From Candidatus Uhrbacteria bacterium CG10_big_fil_rev_8_21_14_0_10_50_16 (GTDB taxonomy: Bacteria > Patescibacteriota > Patescibacteriia > UBA9934 > UBA11717): DNA of 64,000 nt. The stretch lies in the NCBI GenBank assembly GCA_002774875.1, contig PCYM01000005.1, forward strand, positions 1,979 to 65,978, given 5' to 3'. A program made the position numbers and the translations under genes. This document shows, piece after piece, positions 1 through 8,250 of the stretch; position 1 is the first letter of the stretch; the number at the start of each line of letters is the position of its first letter. The notes below the pieces were generated by a model. The model saw only the letters and a list, made by a program, of their open reading frames with translations, had not been told where the DNA came from and made no database searches.

Positions 1-255
1 GTGGTGGTCGATTTTTGGGCTCCTTGGTGCGGCCCTTGTAAGATGATGTCGCCTGTTGTGGAGGAGTTAGCGGAGGAGATGGGGAACGTCACTATTGCTA
101 AGGTTAACGTGGATGAGAATCAGGAGGTGAGCATGCAATTCAACGTACTGTCTATTCCAACGTTTATTATTTTTAAAGGCGGACAGGTAGTGGATCAATT
201 TGCCGGTGCCATGGGTAAAGACGCCTTAAAAGCACGTGTTGAAAAGCATTTATAG
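1..255 (+). CDS. trxA: Thioredoxin, partial (5' end cut by the window edge)
   Basis: WCGPCK active-site motif; thioredoxin fold sequence; ends with TAG. Confidence 0.85.
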   Translation: MVVDFWAPWCGPCKMMSPVVEELAEEMGNVTIAKVNVDENQEVSMQFNVLSIPTFIIFKGGQVVDQFAGAMGKDALKARVEKHL

Positions 256-256
256 T

Positions 257-1189
257 ATGCGAGAGGTTGTTATTTTAGGATCGGGGCCGGCGGGATTGGC
301 AGCAGCCATCTACGCGGCACGGGCGGACTTAAAACCGCTTGTTGTTTCTGGTCCGCAACCTGGAGGACAACTCACAACCACAACGGAAGTGGAAAATTGG
401 CCGGGCGAACCAGACGGAATCGACGGCACCGCGCTGATCGAAAAGCTCAAAAAACAAGCCGCACGATTTGGCACGGAGTATAAGGAAGGATGGGTGACAC
501 AGGTGGATTTTGCGAGCTCGCCCAAGAAGCTGACGTTTGAAGGCGGGGAGGTGATTGAGACGCGGGCCGTGATTGTGGCCACGGGTGCGTCGGCCATGTA
601 CTTGGGTGTGCCGGGCGAAGAAGAACTTAAGAGTAAGGGCGTGAGTGCGTGTGCTACGTGTGATGGATTTTTCTTTCGCGATAAACAGGTGGTCGTGGTC
701 GGCGGGGGAGACGTGGCTATGGAGGAGGCGATGTTTTTGACCAAGTTTGCAACCTCGGTGACGGTGATTCATAGGCGGGAGACGTTGCGTGCTTCCAAAC
801 CAATGCAGGAACGCGCGTTTGCCAATCCAAAAATAACATTTGAATGGAATACGGAAGTGGTAGAAGTGCTCGGCGTGGATCAGGGGCATATGACTGGCGT
901 GCGAGTTAAAAACAATCAAACGCAAGAGGAGAAGACGATTGAGGCGCAAGGGTATTTTGCGGCCATTGGACACAAGCCAAACACAGATGTGTTTGCGAGT
1001 GCCTTGGAGGTTGATGCAAAAGGCTACGTGGTGCTGCAACCGGGATCAATGCGCACGAGTGTGGAAGGCGTGTTTGCGGCGGGGGACGTGGCGGACCATG
1101 TGTATCGCCAAGCAATCACAGCGGCAGGTACGGGGTGTGCGGCAGCGTTGGATGCCGAGCGCTGGCTAAGTGAACAGGTGCCATCTTAG
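257..1189 (+). CDS. trxB: Thioredoxin-disulfide reductase (NADPH)
   Basis: GSGPAGLAAAIYAAR FAD motif; CATCDGFFF redox-active disulfide; GGGDVAMEEA NADPH motif. The ATG at 257 (MREVVILGSG) is preferred over the GTG at 236, which overlaps trxA. Confidence 0.9.
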   Translation: MREVVILGSGPAGLAAAIYAARADLKPLVVSGPQPGGQLTTTTEVENWPGEPDGIDGTALIEKLKKQAARFGTEYKEGWVTQVDFASSPKKLTFEGGEVIETRAVIVATGASAMYLGVPGEEELKSKGVSACATCDGFFFRDKQVVVVGGGDVAMEEAMFLTKFATSVTVIHRRETLRASKPMQERAFANPKITFEWNTEVVEVLGVDQGHMTGVRVKNNQTQEEKTIEAQGYFAAIGHKPNTDVFASALEVDAKGYVVLQPGSMRTSVEGVFAAGDVADHVYRQAITAAGTGCAAALDAERWLSEQVPS

Positions 1190-1202
1190 AGAGAAAAAGT
1201 TG

Positions 1203-1241
1203 AGCCCCCGCTACCTGAGACGGTGCGGGGGCTTTGTTGTT
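1203..1241. terminator. Bidirectional intrinsic terminator between trxB (+) and the convergent GC-rich ORF (-)
   Basis: 9-bp stem agcccccgc/gcgggggct with a 13-nt loop, followed by ttgttgttg. Confidence 0.5.
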
Positions 1242-1248
1242 GAGGCCG

Positions 1249-2160
1249 TCAGGCGTTCTGCCTGCGGTTGTGGGCGATAGCTTTGTTGATCTCTTCCTCT
1301 GCCGCGCGGACATCAGGGTCTGCTTCGGTGCTCGGCGGGATGATCCCGCCTACGATACCCGTGGCACGCGCGATCAGACCATTGTAGGTCTGCATGAGCT
1401 CTTGGAGTTGTTGTTGAGCGAGCGCGGCCTCCGATCTCGGTGCGGTTCGGATCACGTGCACGTCGTCCGACGTCTCGTTGAGGAGCTGGAGTACCACGCG
1501 GATCAGATCCCAGGCTTCATTGAGTCGAACCTGCAGGGTCTGAACAGCAGCGCCTCGATTGTTTATGTCGAGGTCTGTTGGCGCGGAGGTCTTGCTGGAA
1601 CGCAAGCGCTTCTTCTCTGCGCGGATGCTCTTGGTGAGGTTGTCTACGCGCTCAAAGAGCCGGCCTAAGTACGACGGCGTTGCACCGTTCGTGTCGCCCA
1701 GCAAGTTGACGAGACAGAGTAGCTCCGAGAGCAACGGGTTGTTGCCCGCCGCTTGCCTAATGTACAGCAAGGCTTGATCCGCTTGGCGTCGTTGCGATCG
1801 TACGCTCACCAACTTCTTTTGTACTCGGCGATCGACTCCTTCACGTTGCCGTTGTTCACGTGCAACTCGTCGAGCGACTGCCGTACTGCTCCTCCACTCC
1901 GCGAACCAGCCTGCCGGAAAGCCAAACAGCTCGGCGTAGAGGAAGGTGGCCATCGGTTCAATTACCGGGACGTTGTAGGAGAACGATCCGTCGAAATAGG
2001 TGCCCACAACACAGACCCAAAGGGCGAGTGTGCAGAGACCAATGGTTGTGATGAAGATGGCGTCTGCTGCGTCGGCCGTTCCTTGACGAACCCTGTATGC
2101 CATTGCGCCTAAAAAGACGGAGATGGTGTAGCTGCACATCAACAGGACAAAAAACCACAT
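1249..2160 (-). CDS. Hypothetical membrane-anchored coiled-coil protein; GC-rich, likely foreign
   Basis: 303-aa ORF. N-terminal hydrophobic helices, then a long charged/helical region. Codon usage is visibly more GC-rich than neighbouring genes. No recognisable catalytic motif. Confidence 0.5.
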   Translation of the reverse strand: MWFFVLLMCSYTISVFLGAMAYRVRQGTADAADAIFITTIGLCTLALWVCVVGTYFDGSFSYNVPVIEPMATFLYAELFGFPAGWFAEWRSSTAVARRVAREQRQREGVDRRVQKKLVSVRSQRRQADQALLYIRQAAGNNPLLSELLCLVNLLGDTNGATPSYLGRLFERVDNLTKSIRAEKKRLRSSKTSAPTDLDINNRGAAVQTLQVRLNEAWDLIRVVLQLLNETSDDVHVIRTAPRSEAALAQQQLQELMQTYNGLIARATGIVGGIIPPSTEADPDVRAAEEEINKAIAHNRRQNA

Positions 2161-2241
2161 GAGCGATTCCTCCCTTCAAAGATTTGATTCCGTGTTGAAC
2201 ATAACCGAATTGGTCTTTGGTGTCAATGGATGCTCGCGGTG

Positions 2242-2360
2242 GTGCAAAAATAAGGGACTCGGCAGGCCACGCCACTCTGCGCGCATTCGCACTCAGAAGA
2301 CAGCTTGTCAGAGATAAGGTCTTGTAAGCATGGCGCCGACTTGTCCCTTATTTTTTGCAC
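2242..2360. repeat. Near-perfect 18-19 bp inverted repeat pair (gtgcaaaaataagggac / gtcccttattttttgcac) flanking a ~85-bp core; MITE-like or large hairpin
   Basis: Arms at 2242-2258 and 2343-2360 read directly from the sequence. Flanking bases extend the imperfect complementarity (gggactcggc / gccgacttgtccc). Confidence 0.6.
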
Positions 2361-2403
2361 AACTCCTCGCTCCTGCATTACCTGAAGTGCTTCGTCGATA
2401 GCA

Positions 2404-2482
2404 CTTATCTTCAAACACATGCGTTTTGAGAATACTCGTAAACTCGTATTTCAAAACACACGTGTTCTCGGGGACGAAGGCT
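2404..2482. repeat. 79-bp imperfect-palindromic element, copy A (tandem with copy B)
   Basis: Identical 79-bp sequence recurs at 2511-2589. Internal arms aacacatgcgttttgagaa / ttctcaaaac... are partially self-complementary. Confidence 0.8.
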
Positions 2483-2510
2483 GAAGTTCTAGATTTCTTC
2501 GTCGAGGAGG

Positions 2511-2589
2511 CTTATCTTCAAACACATGCGTTTTGAGAATACTCGTAAACTCGTATTTCAAAACACACGTGTTCTCGGGGACGAAGGCT
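2511..2589. repeat. 79-bp imperfect-palindromic element, copy B
   Basis: Exact duplicate of 2404-2482, separated by a 28-bp spacer. Confidence 0.8.
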
Positions 2590-2767
2590 AGACCTTGATC
2601 AGATCAAGATCGGATGAGATCAGAGGTTAGCTGAATTGATTCGATTCAGTTTGATGGGAATCCTGGTTTACCCCCCTCCTCACTGAGTAGGGGAATGAGG
2701 GGAGGTGTGATCTTGTGTGTCTGTTGGATCGAGAAAAGGTTCAAAATACTTTTGATTGTCGTTCGTC

Positions 2768-2796
2768 TTGAGCAAACCTAGGGAAATTGCTAGAGT
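2768..2796 (+). promoter_or_regulatory. Candidate sigma70-like promoter for leuS (TTGAGC-17-TAGAGT)
   Basis: Hexamers with 17-bp spacing ~45 bp upstream of the leuS ATG. Same architecture as the stronger promoters elsewhere in this window. Confidence 0.35.
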
Positions 2797-2840
2797 ACGC
2801 GGTATAAAACCTCCCGTTGGCAACATTTCTTATACTTCCT

Positions 2841-5800
2841 ATGAAATACAATCACAAAGATATTGACGCAAAATGGCAGAAGCGATGGATGAGTGAGGGC
2901 GTGTTTACTATGGACGATGCGTCGGAGAAGGAAAAGTTTTACTGCTTGGTGGAGTTTCCTTATCCCTCTGGTGCGGGTCTGCACATGGGTCACCCGCGCA
3001 GTTACACCGCGCTCGATGTGTTGTCGCGCAAGCGTCGTATGGAGGGGTACAACGTGCTTTACCCAATCGGTTGGGACGCGTTTGGTCTGCCAACGGAGAA
3101 CTACGCCATCAAAACAGGTCGTAAGCCGCAAGAAGTAACGACGGAGAACATCAACACGTTTAGACGACAGTTGCAGTCGCTTGGAATCTCTTTTGATTGG
3201 TCGCGAGAGGTCAATACCACGGACCCGGCGTATTACAAGTGGACGCAGTGGATGTTTTTGGAATTTTTTAAGGCGGGGATGGCGTACAAAAAAGCCATGG
3301 CGATTAACTGGTGTGTGCGTTGTAAAATTGGTCTTGCAAACGAGGAGGTTGTAAACGGCGTATGCGAACGCTGTGGCGGCGAAGTTGAAAAACGTGATAA
3401 AGAGCAATGGATGATTGCCATAACCCGGTATGCAGACCGGCTGATTGATGATTTGAAGACCGTGGATTATTTGCCAAAGATTGCCAAGCAACAAGAAGAC
3501 TGGATTGGCAGGTCCGAGGGTGCCGAGGTGACGTTTGCATTAGAGGGAGATGTGAGTGAATATAATTTTTTGGGTCTTCATGCGTTTTGTGATGATTCGA
3601 CATCCGCTTTTTGGCCCTGGTTGCAAAAAGAACTCTCAACTCGCGGAGGGACGCTGACGGTGTTAGATTTGCCAAATTCAAGCGAGCCAACTATTGCCAA
3701 ACAGGTGCAGTACATAAGGGAGAACTATACCTTTAATGAAAAGACGATCATTCTTACGCACTCGCTTGGGGGGGTTGCGGCAATGAAGTTACTTCCAGAA
3801 TTAGATCAATCTATTAAGAAGTTAATTCTCATTGCACCGCCCACCAATCCATCTCGGTTTATGGATAAAAAGCCTCGACCGGCGTTAGACGCTTGTTGCG
3901 ATTGGTCGTTTGATTATCAGGCTATTAAAGATAAAGCGGGATCAATTATTGTTATTGCCGATGAGCAAGATCACATTGTTCCTTTGTCACAACCAAAACA
4001 GCTTGCAGATCAGTTGCACGCAGAATTTTTCATCTTCAAATCAAACACGCCTCATTTTAATGCTGTTGAGGAGCCGGTTGTACTACGTTCGATTTTGCCA
4101 CACGTAACTGTCTTCACTACGAGGCCGGATACGCTATTTGGGGCGACGTATGTGGTGTTGGCGCCGGAGCATCCGTTGATTGCAGAACTTGCGAATAGGA
4201 TTCAAAACAAAAAAGATGTGGAAGCGTATCAACAAGTCACAAAAGAAAAGACAGAGATAGAACGTGGAGATGCGACCAAGGAAAAAACAGGCGTGATGTT
4301 GAAGGGTGTGCAGGTGATTCATCCTGTCACAGGTGAAGTATTGCCCGTGTGGGTCGCAGATTACGTGCTAATGAGTTATGGCACGGGGGCGATTATGGCT
4401 GTGCCTGCACACGATGTACGTGATTATCAATTTGCAAAAACATATGGTTTGCCAATTCATCAAGTTATAGAAGCACCGATCGTTTCTGTTCCAAGTGGTA
4501 TTGTGCATCAAACAGCAGGGCAACTTACAGAACCGATTGTTGTTGATGTCGCCTGTTATACGGGGGAAGGTGTATGTGTCAACTCAGACTTTTTGAATGG
4601 GTTGGAAATTGAGGCGGCAAAAGCAAAAATGATTGAATGGTTAGAGAAGGAGGGGAAGGGCGTGCGGAAGATTAACTATCGATTGCGCGACTGGGTGTTT
4701 AGTCGCCAGCGATATTGGGGTGAGCCGATTCCATTGGTGCATTGTGATACCTGTTCGCCGGAGACGGATGGATGGGTGGCGGTGCCGATTGAACAACTGC
4801 CTGTTACGTTACCGGATGTAGAGAAATATGAGCCGACGGATAGTGGAGAATCACCTTTGGCAACGATCACGGATTGGGTCAACACCACGTGTCCGGAATG
4901 TGGCGGTCCTGCAACACGCGAGACAGACACCATGCCAAACTGGGCGGGAAGCAGTTGGTACTTTTTGCGCTACGTCGATGCCCATAATCCGGATGCCTTT
5001 GCCGATCCACAAAAACTCAAAAGATGGATGCCTGTTGATTGGTATAATGGTGGTATGGAGCACACGACGTTGCACTTGTTATATTCGCGTTTTTGGAACA
5101 AATTTTTGTTCGATCGCGGACACGTGCCAACGTCCGAGCCGTACGCAAAACGCACAAGCCATGGATTGATCCTCGCCGAAGATGGAACCAAGATGAGCAA
5201 GTCAAAAGGCAATGTGGTGAATCCGGATGAACTCGTGGAGCAATTCGGCGCAGATGCGTTGCGATTGTTGGAGTTGTTTATTGGACCGTTTGCAGAGCCG
5301 GCGCCCTACAGCCACGCGGGGATGGTGGGAACCCGACGGTTTTTGGAGAAGGTAATGGATCTACCGGGCAAGGTTGTCGAGACGGAATCGGAGGAGGTGA
5401 CGCGCGCGTTACATCAACTCATTCAAAAAGTTGGTGAGGATATTGAGACACAGGGGTACAACACGGCCGTGAGTGCGTTGATGATTTTTGTGAATGCCGT
5501 TGGTGACGGTGGAGGGCTCACAAGGCAGACGTTGCAAGCGTTTGCGTGTGTGTTATCGCCGTTTGCGCCGCATATTGCCGAGGAAGTGTGGAGCCAGGTG
5601 GGGGATGGGTTGGCGATGCAACAACCATGGCCGGCGTTTGATGCGGAACTGGCAAAAGACGTCGTGGTAACGTTGGGCGTGCAGGTGAATGGCAAAGTGC
5701 GCGGGCAGGTGACGTTGGCCGTGGATGCAACGGAGGCGCAGGCGCGTGCGGCGGCCGAGGCGGATGAACATGTACAAACCTATTTGCAGGGAAAGACGGT

Positions 5801-5852
5801 TAAGAAGTTTGTGTATGTACCTGGACGCATTGTGAGCTTTGTGGTGGTATAG
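2841..5852 (+). CDS. leuS: Leucyl-tRNA synthetase with a ~190-aa alpha/beta serine-hydrolase domain inserted at the catalytic-core/CP1 junction
   Basis: HMGH and KMSKS motifs; Zn knuckle CVRC...CERC; CP1 editing motifs TTRPDT and GTGAIMAVPAHD. Extra segment between GAEVTFALEG and VTVFTTRPDT contains THSLGG and IADEQDH...H. Start chosen at MKYNHKDIDAKWQ. Confidence 0.9.
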   Translation: MKYNHKDIDAKWQKRWMSEGVFTMDDASEKEKFYCLVEFPYPSGAGLHMGHPRSYTALDVLSRKRRMEGYNVLYPIGWDAFGLPTENYAIKTGRKPQEVTTENINTFRRQLQSLGISFDWSREVNTTDPAYYKWTQWMFLEFFKAGMAYKKAMAINWCVRCKIGLANEEVVNGVCERCGGEVEKRDKEQWMIAITRYADRLIDDLKTVDYLPKIAKQQEDWIGRSEGAEVTFALEGDVSEYNFLGLHAFCDDSTSAFWPWLQKELSTRGGTLTVLDLPNSSEPTIAKQVQYIRENYTFNEKTIILTHSLGGVAAMKLLPELDQSIKKLILIAPPTNPSRFMDKKPRPALDACCDWSFDYQAIKDKAGSIIVIADEQDHIVPLSQPKQLADQLHAEFFIFKSNTPHFNAVEEPVVLRSILPHVTVFTTRPDTLFGATYVVLAPEHPLIAELANRIQNKKDVEAYQQVTKEKTEIERGDATKEKTGVMLKGVQVIHPVTGEVLPVWVADYVLMSYGTGAIMAVPAHDVRDYQFAKTYGLPIHQVIEAPIVSVPSGIVHQTAGQLTEPIVVDVACYTGEGVCVNSDFLNGLEIEAAKAKMIEWLEKEGKGVRKINYRLRDWVFSRQRYWGEPIPLVHCDTCSPETDGWVAVPIEQLPVTLPDVEKYEPTDSGESPLATITDWVNTTCPECGGPATRETDTMPNWAGSSWYFLRYVDAHNPDAFADPQKLKRWMPVDWYNGGMEHTTLHLLYSRFWNKFLFDRGHVPTSEPYAKRTSHGLILAEDGTKMSKSKGNVVNPDELVEQFGADALRLLELFIGPFAEPAPYSHAGMVGTRRFLEKVMDLPGKVVETESEEVTRALHQLIQKVGEDIETQGYNTAVSALMIFVNAVGDGGGLTRQTLQAFACVLSPFAPHIAEEVWSQVGDGLAMQQPWPAFDAELAKDVVVTLGVQVNGKVRGQVTLAVDATEAQARAAAEADEHVQTYLQGKTVKKFVYVPGRIVSFVVV

Positions 5853-5925
5853 CTCGCGTTATCCACACTTGCAAAATTTTATAGGGTTGTTATAGTTGCC
5901 TCAGTTCCGATTAGAAGTGAACCAC

Positions 5926-5962
5926 AAAAACCTCCCCCTTGGGGGTGTTTTTGTTTATTTGT
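5926..5962 (+). terminator. Intrinsic terminator after leuS
   Basis: cctccccc ttg ggggtg hairpin followed by a tttttgtttatttg T-tract. Confidence 0.5.
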
Positions 5963-6114
5963 AAAAACGGGGTTTGGTAACAATAAGCAAGATCATCTCG
6001 TGAGCATAATCGAGAGCTCTCTCCGCGTGTCCCCTCGGCGAAACAAAAGGAGGGAGAAAAGAGTAGAGAGATGTTTGTAATCTTGTAATTCAATTTAGAC
6101 TCAAACAAAAACTC

Positions 6115-7326
6115 ATGACAAAATCCGCGGTGTTCCAATGCTTTCTTGTATTGTGGATCTTCTCTGTGTTTGTGCAACAGCTTGTGTTTCGCGATGTGTG
6201 GCCAGACGTTCCGGCAGGCGACATACATCTTGTTGGGGTTGTGCGCGAACAGGTGGATCAAAAAGGACTCATGCAACGTGTGCGTGTGTTGGTCGATTCA
6301 ATCCCCGGTTTTGTACAGTTAGAAATTGGTCCGTATCCTGTGTTGCAAGTGGGGGATAGGGTTAAAACTGATTGCACGCTCACACCGATTCGTGATCTGA
6401 ACTCTGAGGAGTTTCGCTATGATCGCTATCTTGCAAAGGAACAGGTGTATGTGGTCTGCACAGGTTACGGCTCGCCGCAAGTGATCGGGGTGGAAACGGG
6501 CTGGCGGCAATCCTTGGATCGGTGGCGTCAAGCGTTTGCAGGCGTGATTCAACAACATCTCCAAGAGCCTCACGCAAGCTTGTTGATCGGATTGTTGTAT
6601 GGCGCGCGATCCACGTTGCCGACAGATCTTGTGGACGCGTTCAGACGAACAGGTACCATGCATATTGTGGCGGTGTCGGGATTTAACGTTACAGTGGTTG
6701 CTAACGCGATTTTATTGTTGCTAACGACGACATTTTTACGACGACAGCGTGCGTATTATTGTGTGCTCGCAGGGATTGGCCTCTTCGTTTTGTTTGCGGG
6801 TGCCGATGCGGCGGTGGTGCGCGCGGGAATTATGGGCGCGCTCGTGTTGACGGCAAAACAAATCGGACGGCCACGCGTAACGGTGACACTTTTTTTGATG
6901 GCCGCAAGCGTCATGCTGGCAATTAATCCTCGCATGTTGTTGGATGACGTAGGATTTCAACTTTCCTTTGCCGCCGCAATTGGATTGGTTACGCTTGGCC
7001 CTGTGTTTCAATGTTGGTTTGTATTTTTGCCAAAACGCTGGCAAATACGCTCCATTTTGTCCGAGACGCTCGCGGCCACCATTGCTACAATGCCCATCTC
7101 ACTCTTACAGTTTAAGACGGTTTCACTGATTTCGCCGATTGCAAATCTGTTTGTGATCCCGTGGATTGTCCTTGCTATGTCGCTTGGAATGGCGGGGGCG
7201 GTGGTGTCGATGGTTGCCCCCAGCAGTGGCACGATTGCGTTTTTTCCCGTAGCCGTAATTTTAGAAATCATGCTCACCTTTGTGCGCGTATTTGCGCCAC
7301 TTCCAATTATCGATCTCGCTCTATGA
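6115..7326 (+). CDS. comEC: ComEC/Rec2 N-terminal part (DUF4131 + competence membrane domain)
   Basis: LLIGLLYGARSTLPTDLVDAFRRTGTMHIVAVSGFNVTVVA competence-domain signature; multiple TM helices. Confidence 0.8.
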   Translation: MTKSAVFQCFLVLWIFSVFVQQLVFRDVWPDVPAGDIHLVGVVREQVDQKGLMQRVRVLVDSIPGFVQLEIGPYPVLQVGDRVKTDCTLTPIRDLNSEEFRYDRYLAKEQVYVVCTGYGSPQVIGVETGWRQSLDRWRQAFAGVIQQHLQEPHASLLIGLLYGARSTLPTDLVDAFRRTGTMHIVAVSGFNVTVVANAILLLLTTTFLRRQRAYYCVLAGIGLFVLFAGADAAVVRAGIMGALVLTAKQIGRPRVTVTLFLMAASVMLAINPRMLLDDVGFQLSFAAAIGLVTLGPVFQCWFVFLPKRWQIRSILSETLAATIATMPISLLQFKTVSLISPIANLFVIPWIVLAMSLGMAGAVVSMVAPSSGTIAFFPVAVILEIMLTFVRVFAPLPIIDLAL

Positions 7327-8234
7327 AACATATTCGCCTTCTCTGGATCATTACAGGTGTTGTGGTTGTTACCTCGGTTTTATTTGGATGGTTGGTGTGG
7401 CAACAGGCTTATGATCAATTACAATCGGCGCAACCGGACCTCACGGTATCCGTGTTTGACGTTGGTCAAGGTGATAGCGCCTTTGTGGAATGGGCAGACG
7501 GCACCCAGATGCTGATTGATGGTGGTGTTGACGGAACCGTGTTGAATCGATTGGGTGAGGTTATGTTGCCGTGGGACCGCTCCATTGACTATGTGGTGGC
7601 AACACATCCTCATGCGGATCATGTTGGTGGATTGATTTCCGTATTGGATCGGTATCAGGTTGCACATGTTGTGTTGAATAAACAGGTCTACGATTCGTCA
7701 GTAGCCGATGCATTTTTAGACGCGGTCATCAACGAAGGTGCGGACATGATTGATCCTAAAAATCTTGATCTGCAAGGGGCACGCGTCCTGTATCCAACAG
7801 ATAATATTCCACTCCTACAGACAGACGATCCAAATGAAACCTCGATCGTGCTTGAGATTGATGAGGCAAATCAGCATGTTTTGCTTACAGGAGATATTGG
7901 AGAACAGGTGGAGGAGCAACTTGTTCAGGCAGGGGTATTGGATGACGTGGACGTGTTGAAGGTCGGTCATCACGGAAGTAAGTATTCTTCGTCGCGCGCG
8001 TTTTTAGAAGCAATTCAACCAGAGGTGGCACTTGTGTCAGCGGGGAAGGACAACGCGTACCATCATCCGCATCCAAGCGCTCTTCAACGGCTCATAAACA
8101 TCGGAGCCGAGACCTATCGAACGGATCAAGATGGCACGGTCACCATTCGCTTTTTTAAAGACACCTACCAGCTCTTTACGGGAAACCCACGCTGGACATG
8201 GGCGCGTTGGAGTGCTATGCTCAGCGCAAATTGA
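7323..8234 (+). CDS. comEC: ComEC C-terminal metallo-beta-lactamase domain protein (separate ORF, N-terminal TM anchor)
   Basis: ATHPHADHVGGL and VGHHGSKYSS MBL motifs. Start ATG overlaps the upstream stop (ATGA). Confidence 0.8.
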   Translation: MKHIRLLWIITGVVVVTSVLFGWLVWQQAYDQLQSAQPDLTVSVFDVGQGDSAFVEWADGTQMLIDGGVDGTVLNRLGEVMLPWDRSIDYVVATHPHADHVGGLISVLDRYQVAHVVLNKQVYDSSVADAFLDAVINEGADMIDPKNLDLQGARVLYPTDNIPLLQTDDPNETSIVLEIDEANQHVLLTGDIGEQVEEQLVQAGVLDDVDVLKVGHHGSKYSSSRAFLEAIQPEVALVSAGKDNAYHHPHPSALQRLINIGAETYRTDQDGTVTIRFFKDTYQLFTGNPRWTWARWSAMLSAN

Positions 8235-8250
8235 CCATAATACACACGTT

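Noticed and set aside
329-1039. Long minus-strand ORFs overlapping trxB, leuS (2790-3494), tuf (16813-17487), rplB (19977-20669), the S5/L15 region and others
   Set aside because: These are shadow ORFs antisense to well-supported conserved genes, with no motifs of their own.
2404-2589. Possible CRISPR array (tandem identical repeats)
   Set aside because: Only two copies, 79 bp long with a 28-bp spacer and internal palindromic arms; no cas genes nearby. A third copy elsewhere is inverted with a diverged centre, which fits a structured element or MITE, not CRISPR.
2161-2840. T-box riboswitch upstream of leuS
   Set aside because: No recognisable T-box consensus (AGGGTGGNACCGCG) or specifier-loop plus antiterminator arrangement was found by eye. 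The organism does not look like a Firmicute.
3540-4115. Intein or mobile intron in leuS
   Set aside because: No Cys/Ser...HN splice-junction residues or homing-endonuclease motifs. The insert has GxSxG hydrolase motifs and sits in frame without a boundary signature.
5911-6276. 121-aa minus-strand ORF between leuS and comEC
   Set aside because: No RBS or motifs; it overlaps the comEC start and the leuS terminator region, so it is probably non-coding.
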